A stretch of DNA of 64,000 nt, from the NCBI GenBank assembly GCA_965226495.1, contig OZ245365.1, forward strand, positions 1,120,001 through 1,184,000, written 5' to 3'. Positions 1 to 8,514 of the stretch are shown piece by piece; the stretch's first letter is position 1, and every line of letters begins with the position of its first letter. Under the pieces are notes generated by a model. The model saw nothing but the letters and a program-made list of their open reading frames with translations. It did not search any database and was not told the DNA's origin. The stretch comes from Candidatus Marinacidobacterales bacterium (GTDB lineage: Bacteria > Acidobacteriota > Vicinamibacteria > Marinacidobacterales > DATDRI01). The position numbers and the translations under genes were made by a program.

Positions 1-27
1 GAAGGGGCGGAAGTTCTAGGCGCGACT

Positions 28-183
28 AGTGGACGGTAATAATGAAATCGATACTGGACTTCATCGCCGCTATCCACGCGCCCCCCTCACCCGCCCGCCG
101 AAGGCGGGCGACCTCTCCCCCGGAGTCGGGGGAGAGGTAATAGAGGTGGTACCAACTTCGTTGGCACGGCCTATTAGCGGCGG
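28..183. repeat. ~155-bp palindromic intergenic repeat (family A), copy 1; REP/MITE-like
   Basis: Its reverse complement aligns nearly end to end with 22612-22767. Contains a CCCCTCACCC...CCTCTCCCCC/GGGGGAGAGG stem and GAA/TTC-loop hairpins (cgcc-GAA-ggcg; ccaac-TTC-gttgg). Confidence 0.9.
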
Positions 184-782
184 TTTCGATAGAGCTTCTC
201 GTCCACGGCGCTGGTCATCTTGTCCACGTCGAGATTCCCCAAGAATTCACTAATACGCTCGGCCTCGCGTCGCGGATTCGCCACGACGTCCTTGTAGTTC
301 ACTTCCAGCAGCTCGAAACAAGGACGATGTTTCATCAGGTAGTTCACTTTCCAGAGATGATTCTTGTAGACCTCTAACATCTCCTCGTCCGAGGTTTCGG
401 AAGCCTCAGCCCGATTCTTCAGCATTTTCGTTTGGGAGGCCAGAACCTCGTCCAGGTTACGGCGCATGAACACCACCTTGTAGTTGTTCGTCTCCGGGAG
501 ATCTTTTAACAAGAAAGAGATGATCTTGATCGTCTTTCCCCGGAACTCCTTGAGGTAGGACTTGTCCGGCTCTTTCTCCAGCTCCTTGACCCGTTCGTAC
601 TCGTAATACCCTTTGGGGTTGTCCTCGCCGGCCTTTCGGATTCCGTCGGTGGCGATGCTGAGCCCGGCGGCCTCCAGCATCTGCATGGTCATGGACGTCC
701 CGGAGCGGGGGAGGCCCGAGACGACAATCAGCGGCTCACCGAACCGGATTCTTCTATAAGTCCTGACTAAAGTGGATGTCAT
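174..782 (-). CDS. Sulfotransferase family protein (P-loop, PAPS-binding)
   Basis: 5'-PSB loop VVSGLPRSGTS, NPKGYYE, and a 3'-PB-like FMRRNLDEVLASQ; YKDVVANP...ISEFLG. Confidence 0.85.
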   Translation of the reverse strand: MTSTLVRTYRRIRFGEPLIVVSGLPRSGTSMTMQMLEAAGLSIATDGIRKAGEDNPKGYYEYERVKELEKEPDKSYLKEFRGKTIKIISFLLKDLPETNNYKVVFMRRNLDEVLASQTKMLKNRAEASETSDEEMLEVYKNHLWKVNYLMKHRPCFELLEVNYKDVVANPRREAERISEFLGNLDVDKMTSAVDEKLYRNRR

Positions 783-983
783 CCGTGGGCTCCCGACTCC
801 TCCCGGGTTTGGGGGCCGGCGTCAAAACCTAGTAAGATAACGCTCTAGAGCTTGAAATGCCAGCCGCTTCTCAATAAACTACGTGATTCTGGCCCGTTGC
901 CGCGGCGCAGACCAGCCAACCGCTTTCCCCGCATGCGGAAGAGCGGCCCAACTTGCGCCTTCTTGAAAGGAAGACATCCGTTG

Positions 984-3131
984 ATGCGATCTAGTTCGAT
1001 GGGGAAGAGGGTTTCGAGGGCCGCCCCAGTGGTGATTTTCCTGGCGGCCATTCTTGGCTCGGCGGAGCCGGCCTTCGCCTACATCGGCCCGGGCGCTGGC
1101 TTCGCGCTCCTATCCTCTTTCCTTGTTCTCTTTACCACCATTATCCTCGCGATTTTTTCCCTGCTCATTCTTCCTTTCCGTGCGCTCTTCCGGCTCATCT
1201 TGCGCAAGACGCGGCCGAAGCCGTGGATCAAACGTATGATCGTTGTGGGATTCGACGGGCAAGATCCTAAGATCACCGAGCGGCTCTTGAAGAAGGGAAA
1301 GCTTCCGAACTTCAAGCGCCTGGCCGAGATGGGAAGTTATAGCCGCCTCCGTACCACCTTTCCTTCGATCTCGCCGGTGGCCTGGTCTTCCTTCAGTACC
1401 GGCACCAATCCGGCGCGCCACAACATCTATGATTTTCTTGACCGTGATCTCCGGACGTATTTGCCGGTACTTTCTTCGACACACATCGGCGGGCTCGAGA
1501 AGTTCCTGAAGATCGGACGTTATCGGGTTCCCCTGCGCAAGCCGGAAGTCCGGCTGCTCCGCAAGTCCAAACCCTTCTGGTCGATCCTGGGCGAGTACAA
1601 CATCTGGAGCTCGATCATTCGGGTTCCGATTACCTTTCCCCCCGATCACTTTTACGGAGCGCAACTCAGTGCGATGTGTGTGCCGGACCTCTTGGGCACG
1701 CAAGGAACGTTTCAACTTTTCACGACTCGGCCCGCCACCGAAAAATTCAAGGAAGGTGGCATTCGGATATCTCTCACGCCAAACGGGGACCGATTCGAGA
1801 CCAAGTTCGAGGGGCCCGAGAATCTGTTCAGGGAAGACAACGCGAAGCTCCAGGTTCCGTTTACGATTGCTCTGGATCGAGCCGCAAATCGGGTGCGGGT
1901 TTCGATTGGCAGTGACGAGGTGGAGCTTCAGAAGGGGCATTTGAGCGACTGGGTCACGCTGACCTTCAAGGCCGCTCCGGGGATCAAGGTCTCGGGCATT
2001 TGCCGCATGATGGTGACCGAGATGGAGGAGTATTTTTCGCTCTACGTGACTCCCATCAACATCGATCCCGAAAAACCCGCCATGCCGATTTCCCACCCAT
2101 CGTACTACTCGACTTATCTTGCCAAGAAGATCGGTCCCTACTCAACGCTTGGGCTCGCGGAGGACACCTGGGCTCTCAATGAAGGCGTGACCGATGATGG
2201 CACGTTCCTCCAGCAGGCTTATGACATCGATGGTGAGCGCCAGGAGATGTTTTTCGCTGCGATGGATCGGCTTCGTCGTGGGAGCCTGGTCTGCGTCTTC
2301 GACGCGACGGATCGTATCCAGCACATGTTCTGGCACTATACCGAGGACGGACATCCCGCCACCCAAAATGGAAAAGCGGATCTAGTGGGCAAGTACCGCG
2401 ACACAATCGATGAGATCTATATCCATAACGACAAGCTGGTGGGCAAGGTGCTCGATCAACTCGAGGACGGAGACGTGCTCTTCGTGATCTCGGACCACGG
2501 CTTCAGTTCTTTCCGCCGAGGCGTGAACCTGAATGCCTGGCTACAGGCCAACGGCTATTTGACACTCAAAGACGGTGCCGACGGGTCAGCGGAGTGGCTG
2601 CGTGACGTCGATTGGTCGAAAACGAAAGCATACTGCCTCGGTCTCACTGGAATGTTTCTCAATGTGAAGAACCGAGAGGGACAGGGGATCGTCGAGCAAG
2701 GAGCGGAGGCGGAGGTGTTGAAGGCGGAGCTCATCTCCAAGCTCAACGGACTGAAGGACGACGAAAAGGGTGCGGTGGGAATCAATGAAGTCTTCGATAC
2801 CGCCAACGTATACGGCGGTCCTTATATCGGAAATGCCCCGGACCTGATCATCGGTTACAACGGCGGCTACCGAATTTCCTGGGACTGCGCCACCGGCATG
2901 GTCTCCGGACCTGTTTTCGAGGACAACACAAAAGCGTGGAGCGGCGATCACTGCATCGATCCACGGTTGGTCCCCGGCGTGCTGTTTTGCAATCGCGAGA
3001 TCGATTCCGAAGATCCGGCCCTCATCGATATCGCGCCGAGTGCGCTCCGGATGTTCGGTCTCGAGCCACCGAAACATATGGATGGCAAATCCTTGTTTAC
3101 CAAGGAAACGTTTCAAGGCGCGGGGAGCTGA
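984..3131 (+). CDS. Alkaline phosphatase superfamily (type I phosphodiesterase/NPP-like) protein with signal peptide, AYIGPGAG motif and TM anchor
   Basis: VVGFDGQD, TTFPSISPVAWSSFSTG (Ser nucleophile position), DRIQHMFW, VISDHGF, WSGDH. ATG 984 is preceded by GAAAGGAAG. Confidence 0.85.
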   Translation: MRSSSMGKRVSRAAPVVIFLAAILGSAEPAFAYIGPGAGFALLSSFLVLFTTIILAIFSLLILPFRALFRLILRKTRPKPWIKRMIVVGFDGQDPKITERLLKKGKLPNFKRLAEMGSYSRLRTTFPSISPVAWSSFSTGTNPARHNIYDFLDRDLRTYLPVLSSTHIGGLEKFLKIGRYRVPLRKPEVRLLRKSKPFWSILGEYNIWSSIIRVPITFPPDHFYGAQLSAMCVPDLLGTQGTFQLFTTRPATEKFKEGGIRISLTPNGDRFETKFEGPENLFREDNAKLQVPFTIALDRAANRVRVSIGSDEVELQKGHLSDWVTLTFKAAPGIKVSGICRMMVTEMEEYFSLYVTPINIDPEKPAMPISHPSYYSTYLAKKIGPYSTLGLAEDTWALNEGVTDDGTFLQQAYDIDGERQEMFFAAMDRLRRGSLVCVFDATDRIQHMFWHYTEDGHPATQNGKADLVGKYRDTIDEIYIHNDKLVGKVLDQLEDGDVLFVISDHGFSSFRRGVNLNAWLQANGYLTLKDGADGSAEWLRDVDWSKTKAYCLGLTGMFLNVKNREGQGIVEQGAEAEVLKAELISKLNGLKDDEKGAVGINEVFDTANVYGGPYIGNAPDLIIGYNGGYRISWDCATGMVSGPVFEDNTKAWSGDHCIDPRLVPGVLFCNREIDSEDPALIDIAPSALRMFGLEPPKHMDGKSLFTKETFQGAGS

Positions 3132-3133
3132 CG

Positions 3134-5122
3134 ATGGGCCCAACGCGAGCCATCGGCCTGGCTTTGGTGCTCGGTGTAAGCCTGGTAGGAGTCTCCTGCG
3201 GGAGCGACAAGACCAGTGAGCCGACCGGACCGCGGGTCATCATTCTGGGGTTCGACGGCATGGACCATGGGCTCGCCGCCAAGTTCATGTCGGAGGGAAA
3301 GCTCCCGAACCTCTCGCGCGTAGCCGAGCAGGGACATTTCTCTCCGCTAGCGACTTCCGTGCCACCGCAGAGCCCAGTGGCGTGGTCCAACTTCATCACC
3401 GGCATGGACTCGGGTGGCCACGGTATCTTCGATTTCGTACATCGGGATCCGGAAACGATGTTCCCCTTCCTATCGTCGGCCGAGACCCATGCCGGAGGGA
3501 CAACGATCAAGGTCGGGAAATGGCAGATCCCGCTTTCTGGTGGCTCCGTCGAGCTGCTGCGTCGAGGGAAGGCCTTCTGGGAGGTGCTCGAGGAAAACGG
3601 CGTGGAGACGACGATCATCCGGATGCCGGCGAACTACCCCCCGTCGGGGACCGCCACTCGTGAGCTGAGCGGCATGGGAACCGTCGACATCATCGGCTCG
3701 TACGGGACGTTTTCGTTCTATACCTCGGAGCTCTTCGCCTTCGCCGGTGAAGACATTTCCGGTGGGAAGGTCTACGAAGTCGATGTTTTCGACAGCGTCG
3801 TGGAGGCCGAACTCTACGGGCCCGACAATCCTTTTCTCGTGGAGCCGAAAAAAGTCACCTCGCCGTTTACCGCGTATCTCGATCCCGAAGAGTCGCTTGC
3901 CAAGATCGTCGTCGACACCGAAGAAGTCGTTCTCGCGGTAGGAGAGTGGAGCGACTGGGTGCCCATAGAATTCGATCTCATTCCGACTCAGAGTTTGCCC
4001 GGAATGGCCCGTTTCTATCTCAAACAGATAGAGCCCGACTTCGAGCTCTACGTCACTCCGATCAATCTCGATCCCTATGAGCCGGCGCAGCCCATCTCGA
4101 CACCCGCTTCTTATGCCGCGGAGGTGGCCGAAGCATCTGGTCGCTTCTACACCCAAGGAATGCCGGAGGACACCGCCGCCCTCATGGAGGACGTGTTCAC
4201 GCCCGAAGAGTTTCTAACTCAGTCCAAGATAGCGGGAGAAGAAAACGTCGAGCAGTACAAATGGGTGCTCGACCAATTCACGAACGGCCTCCTTTTCTAC
4301 TACTTCGGCAACGTGGATCAAATCAGTCACATGATGTGGCGGGGTCGAGACCCGGGACACCCGGCCTACGATGCGGATCAAGACGCCGGTTTTGCCGGCC
4401 TCATCGACGAGCTCTATCAGGGATTGGACCGAATTGTGGGCTATACGCTCGACAGAATGAACGAAGACGACCTGCTAGTCGTGATGTCGGACCATGGATT
4501 CACTTCGTGGCGGCGGTCCTTTCACTTGAACGCCTGGCTTCACCAGAATGGATTCCTCGCCGTACGGGATCCGAATATGGAAGACGACCCCGGGATTTTC
4601 GCCAACGTGGATTGGACGGGGACGCAGGCCTACGCGGTCGGCATCAATTCGTTGTATATCAATCTCCGCGGGCGTGAAAAGTGGGGAATCGTGAACCCTG
4701 TCGAGAGAGAAGCGATTATGGACGCGATCGCCGAGAAGCTTCTGGCGACCATTGATCCCGAGACCGGTGAGCAAGCCGTGACCAAAGTCTACAAACGAGA
4801 AGAGTTCTACAAGGACCGCGGCGAGCTCGAGATCGGTCCCGATTTAGTCATCGGTTACACCAAAGGAACCCGAGGCTCCAACGAGTCGGCATTGGGCGCG
4901 GTCGGCAAAGAGGTGTTTAGCGACAACACCAGCATTTGGAGCGGCGACCACGCTATGGACCACGAAGCGGTTCCCGGCGTTCTATTCGCGAGTCGTCCTC
5001 TAAAGAGAGATGCCACTCGATTACAAGACCTGGCAGCCGCAGTCCTAGCGGAATTCGGCATCGAGGGAGAGTTTCCCTCGCGAGTTGGCGAAGACGTGGA
5101 GGCCGGTAAGGGAGGAAGTTGA
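3134..5122 (+). CDS. Alkaline phosphatase superfamily (NPP-like) probable lipoprotein; paralog of the upstream gene
   Basis: N-terminus MGPTRAIGLALVLGVSLVGVS-C is lipobox-like; ILGFDGMD, PPQSPVAWSNFITG, DQISHMMW, MSDHGF, WSGDH. Confidence 0.85.
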   Translation: MGPTRAIGLALVLGVSLVGVSCGSDKTSEPTGPRVIILGFDGMDHGLAAKFMSEGKLPNLSRVAEQGHFSPLATSVPPQSPVAWSNFITGMDSGGHGIFDFVHRDPETMFPFLSSAETHAGGTTIKVGKWQIPLSGGSVELLRRGKAFWEVLEENGVETTIIRMPANYPPSGTATRELSGMGTVDIIGSYGTFSFYTSELFAFAGEDISGGKVYEVDVFDSVVEAELYGPDNPFLVEPKKVTSPFTAYLDPEESLAKIVVDTEEVVLAVGEWSDWVPIEFDLIPTQSLPGMARFYLKQIEPDFELYVTPINLDPYEPAQPISTPASYAAEVAEASGRFYTQGMPEDTAALMEDVFTPEEFLTQSKIAGEENVEQYKWVLDQFTNGLLFYYFGNVDQISHMMWRGRDPGHPAYDADQDAGFAGLIDELYQGLDRIVGYTLDRMNEDDLLVVMSDHGFTSWRRSFHLNAWLHQNGFLAVRDPNMEDDPGIFANVDWTGTQAYAVGINSLYINLRGREKWGIVNPVEREAIMDAIAEKLLATIDPETGEQAVTKVYKREEFYKDRGELEIGPDLVIGYTKGTRGSNESALGAVGKEVFSDNTSIWSGDHAMDHEAVPGVLFASRPLKRDATRLQDLAAAVLAEFGIEGEFPSRVGEDVEAGKGGS

Positions 5123-5316
5123 TGTTTGGGTCGACGAAAGTGAAGTTGGATACAGATTTGGTGGCCAAGGTCAAGAAGTATTCGGACATCGCCGGATACT
5201 CCTCGCCCGAGGAGTTCATCACCCATGCTCTCGAAAAAGAGCTGGCCAAGCTCGAGGACGCTGGCTCCGAAGAGGAGATCCGTAAAAGACTTCAGGGGTT
5301 GGGTTACATCTCCTAG
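5122..5316 (+). CDS. Small ribbon-helix-helix-like protein with C-terminal EEIRKRLQGLGY motif
   Basis: TGATG stop/start overlap with the upstream gene and a GGAGGA RBS. Strand-helix-helix pattern KVKLDTDLVAKVKK..GYSSPEEFITHALEKEL. Confidence 0.8.
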   Translation: MFGSTKVKLDTDLVAKVKKYSDIAGYSSPEEFITHALEKELAKLEDAGSEEEIRKRLQGLGYIS

Positions 5317-5334
5317 CCGCCGGTCGCGAATCGT

Positions 5335-6183
5335 ATGTCGTACATCAACGCTATATTGAGGCCTGTCTTCGAGCTTCTTCTTTCGCCCTTTAGCGGGCTT
5401 CCTGCCATCGTGGGGCTGGCGGTGGTGTCGCTGATCACGGCCATCGGGATGCTCCTAGTCTTCAAGAAGACTTCGAACCAGGATGCCATTGCGGCTGTGA
5501 AGCGGCGCATTCACGCCAACCTTTTCGAGATCCGCCTCTTTAACGACGATCTACGAGCCATACTGCGTTCGCAAACCGAGATCCTCCGTCACAACCTGAC
5601 CTATCTTCGCCTGTCCGCGGTTCCCATGTTGTGGACCTTGCCGCCATTGATCTTGATCATCGCTCAACTTCAATTTCACTACGGCTACGCTGGACTCGAT
5701 CCCACTAATCCGGTTCTCCTCAAAGTCGAGCTCCAAGACAGCGGGAACAACGCTTCGTGGGAAGAAGCGCCCCGGCCGGAGCTCACCCTGGCCGCTCCCT
5801 CCGGTATACGGATCGAGACACCTGGTCTGTGGATTCCTTCGCTTCGGGAAATGGATTGGCGAATAGTCGGTGAAGGGAGCGGGGACTACGTAGTCGAAGT
5901 GAAACTCGATGGTCAGTCTCACTCGAAAACGGTGCGAGTCTCGAACGACGTCGTGCTTCGATCGCCCTCGCGTTTGGAAAAGGGCTTCTTGAACCAACTC
6001 CTTTTTCCGGCCGAGCCCCCCCTACTGGCGGACAGTCCCATCAAATCGATCACCGTGAACTACCCGGAGGCGGCGGTGAATACTTTCGTTTTCGGATGGT
6101 CACTGCACTGGATGATCATCTACTTCGTGCTAGCCATCGCCTTCGCATTCGCCCTCAGGAACACGTTCAAAGTCCAGATGTAA
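5335..6183 (+). CDS. Membrane protein resembling DUF106/EMC3/TMCO1 (Oxa1 superfamily) with an inserted soluble beta domain
   Basis: Amphipathic N-helix, TM1 (IVGLAVVSLITAIGMLLVF), charged coiled-coil hairpin, TM2 (PMLWTLPPLILIIAQL), ~135-aa loop, TM3 (WMIIYFVLAIAFAFALR). Confidence 0.6.
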   Translation: MSYINAILRPVFELLLSPFSGLPAIVGLAVVSLITAIGMLLVFKKTSNQDAIAAVKRRIHANLFEIRLFNDDLRAILRSQTEILRHNLTYLRLSAVPMLWTLPPLILIIAQLQFHYGYAGLDPTNPVLLKVELQDSGNNASWEEAPRPELTLAAPSGIRIETPGLWIPSLREMDWRIVGEGSGDYVVEVKLDGQSHSKTVRVSNDVVLRSPSRLEKGFLNQLLFPAEPPLLADSPIKSITVNYPEAAVNTFVFGWSLHWMIIYFVLAIAFAFALRNTFKVQM

Positions 6184-6258
6184 CGGGTTTGCGGGTACGG
6201 GTCTTCGGGCGCATAATGTCTCTAAATCAGTAAAACGTGCGCTAGGAGGAGTTTGGCG

Positions 6259-7002
6259 ATGAGCCAGAAACTAAATGGGCTTGTCCTCGCTGCTTTTTTG
6301 ACGACCGGCCTCATCACCGGTGCGGTCGCGGTGGCCAAGGATAAGCCTCCCGTGGCGACAGGCGAGTTTCAGTTCCTGCTGGTGGGAAAACGTATCGGCG
6401 AGGAGCGGTTTCGGGTCTTCAAGGATAAGAAGGACTATCGCATCGAGTCCACCACGACCTTCTATTGGCCGAAGCCGAGCGCTCAACATTACGAGTGGAA
6501 GCTGGATCGATCTCTTCAGCCGGACAAGCTGGACCACGATCTAAGAGAAGGTGGCAAGGTGATCACCGTCGAGCTGAGGAAAAAAGGCAAGAACTGGCGG
6601 AGCGAGGTCAAAGGAAAAAACGTCAAGAAGGTCAAGGAAGACATGGGCCTGAGGCAGTCTGCGGAGATCGATTTCGGATCACCTTTGTTCCAGTGGATTA
6701 CTTTTCGACACCTCAAGCTTGCAGAAGGGGAAAAGAAAGACGTTGAAGTGATCGTGCTCGAAGCGCCGAAGCCGAAGGTGGCACGCATCGAGCGAACCTA
6801 CACCCGGCTACCGGACGAAGGGGTTCAAGCCGATGTGCAAGGCGAGGTTGTGGCCTCCATTTATGATGTGACCCAATCGGAATCCAGTTACCGGCTTTGG
6901 TTGGATCCAAGCGGCTTCCCTATCCGCACCGAGCGAGAAACACCCGACGGTCTGCTCGAGATTCGACTGGTCCGTTTCGATAAGCACCCGCGGGCCTGGT
7001 GA
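6259..7002 (+). CDS. Exported hypothetical beta-rich protein (DUF3108/DUF6134-like)
   Basis: Signal peptide ending AVA-VA; GKRIGEERF and LWLDPSGFPIR patterns; AGGAGGA RBS. Confidence 0.55.
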   Translation: MSQKLNGLVLAAFLTTGLITGAVAVAKDKPPVATGEFQFLLVGKRIGEERFRVFKDKKDYRIESTTTFYWPKPSAQHYEWKLDRSLQPDKLDHDLREGGKVITVELRKKGKNWRSEVKGKNVKKVKEDMGLRQSAEIDFGSPLFQWITFRHLKLAEGEKKDVEVIVLEAPKPKVARIERTYTRLPDEGVQADVQGEVVASIYDVTQSESSYRLWLDPSGFPIRTERETPDGLLEIRLVRFDKHPRAW

Positions 7003-7021
7003 GGGCGACGGCCGGTTCGAC

Positions 7022-8086
7022 TCACCCGGTCGAGGCCAGTTGGCAGCCTGAGTAGACTGGCCCTGGCTCGCGTGCACGGCTGTCGGAGCGCCGGAATCGC
7101 CCCATCACTTCCTTTCCGTACGTGCGTTCAGCCAGATATTGGTTGTGCGCTGGACACATCATTTGAACGTTGTCAGGGCTGTGGTCGCCGCCCAGGGCAA
7201 ATGCCTCGTCGTGGTGAAACTGCAGCGCATTGCGACTCCGGCACCGTCTGCCGCGTCCGTCCACAAAGGTACAACGGTTCCCGTCGCGCTCGCTGACCGT
7301 GCGCCGCACTGCGGCCGGGATGTAACGTGACGACGGCGATGTGTCGGTCTCTTCGACGCTCTTCCTAGGGGCTGTCGTCTTGCCGAAGCGCTTCGCCTCG
7401 AGTCTTTCGAGCTTCTCGCTCACGGCTTCTTCGATGATCGCAGCCAGGTCGCCGTCTGGAACCGATGAACGCATGAGCGCCTGGAGCCGCTCTAACTTGG
7501 CGTGGAACTCGGCGTTGGCCGTGAACTGGACCTTGTAACGGGCAGGCGCCAGGGGCTCGACCAAAGCGGGCTTGGTCTTCGCAGGAGCGGGTAACTCGAT
7601 CGCAACTTGGTCCGGACCGAGTTGCGAGGCTGCTTTCTTCGGTCGCTGGGGTAGCTTTCGCATCACGGTTGGAACATCCGGCTTCGGGGTGATTTCGATC
7701 ACCAACTCCTCGATCTCTCGTTTGGATCTATGCGCCGCACGAGCCAGAAGCGTTTCTCGATTGGCTTCGGTCAGGTGCAGAGCGAGCTTGGCGATGCCGC
7801 TTAAGTGAAGCCGGCCGTCACCCAGCATCGCGAGCAGCATCGGATGCTTCCGAGACGCACGACCCACTGCGATGCGCAAATAGGCCTCGTGCTCCGACAA
7901 GTGCAACTCCTCCGTGCAGTAGGCAAACATAGAGGAGAATGCCCCTCTCGCATAGAGCCGCCGCTCGTCTACCTCGGCAATATGTGCGACAAGCTCTGAC
8001 TCGATGCGTCGTGAGTTCTGCACCAGCCCTGTTAAGCGGCGGAGTAGCTCATCATCCGAAATTGATTTTAGTAACTTGCTAGACAT
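7022..8086 (-). CDS. DUF222-like domain plus C-terminal HNH endonuclease
   Basis: N-terminal LVAHIAEVDERRLY...FSSMFAYC..L.LSE.EAY.RI; C-terminal RDGNRCTF..RC....LQFHHDEAFALGG.HSPDNVQMMCPAHN. Confidence 0.85.
   Translation of the reverse strand: MSSKLLKSISDDELLRRLTGLVQNSRRIESELVAHIAEVDERRLYARGAFSSMFAYCTEELHLSEHEAYLRIAVGRASRKHPMLLAMLGDGRLHLSGIAKLALHLTEANRETLLARAAHRSKREIEELVIEITPKPDVPTVMRKLPQRPKKAASQLGPDQVAIELPAPAKTKPALVEPLAPARYKVQFTANAEFHAKLERLQALMRSSVPDGDLAAIIEEAVSEKLERLEAKRFGKTTAPRKSVEETDTSPSSRYIPAAVRRTVSERDGNRCTFVDGRGRRCRSRNALQFHHDEAFALGGDHSPDNVQMMCPAHNQYLAERTYGKEVMGRFRRSDSRAREPGPVYSGCQLASTG
7600..7627. repeat. 28-bp near-perfect palindrome inside the HNH gene; related copy at 8373-8392
   Basis: TCGCAACTTGGTCC-GGACCGAGTTGCGA has one mismatch between arms. 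7605-7624 matches 8373-8392 at 18/20. Confidence 0.8.
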
Positions 8087-8514
8087 GATTCGTCCCCCTC
8101 AAGAGTAATATAACAACGTACTTTTTTTGGCCTTGAGGCGACGTGAGCCGGTACGAATGTGCTTCGACGAAGTTTTTTGTCTCGAAGCTGCTAGGCGTTG
8201 ACTAGAACGTCATCGCAAGCTTTAGAGATGGCAGTTCGAAGGTGATCAATGAGATCGGAAATTCTGTTGTGAAATCTTGTCAAGAGAAAAGATCACTTTT
8301 CTTAGTTAGGAACGAGCCGCTTCAGCTCCTCGAACCAGTTAAGTAGGCTAGGGGCAGAGCGACATCATGGCCACTTGGTCTGGACCAAGTTGAGGAACTG
8401 GCGTCGGTCTTGTCTTCTCTCGACGCTCGACATGCTGCCTATCTACTCACCCGTGCTCTGGCCCCTGCCACATCGTTGAGCTATGTTGGCATTTGGGAGG
8501 GCAAGGAGAGCAGC

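Noticed and set aside
7022-8086. HNH gene as IscB/Cas9-like or group II intron protein
   Set aside because: No PLMP, RuvC or reverse transcriptase motifs; the architecture is DUF222-HNH.
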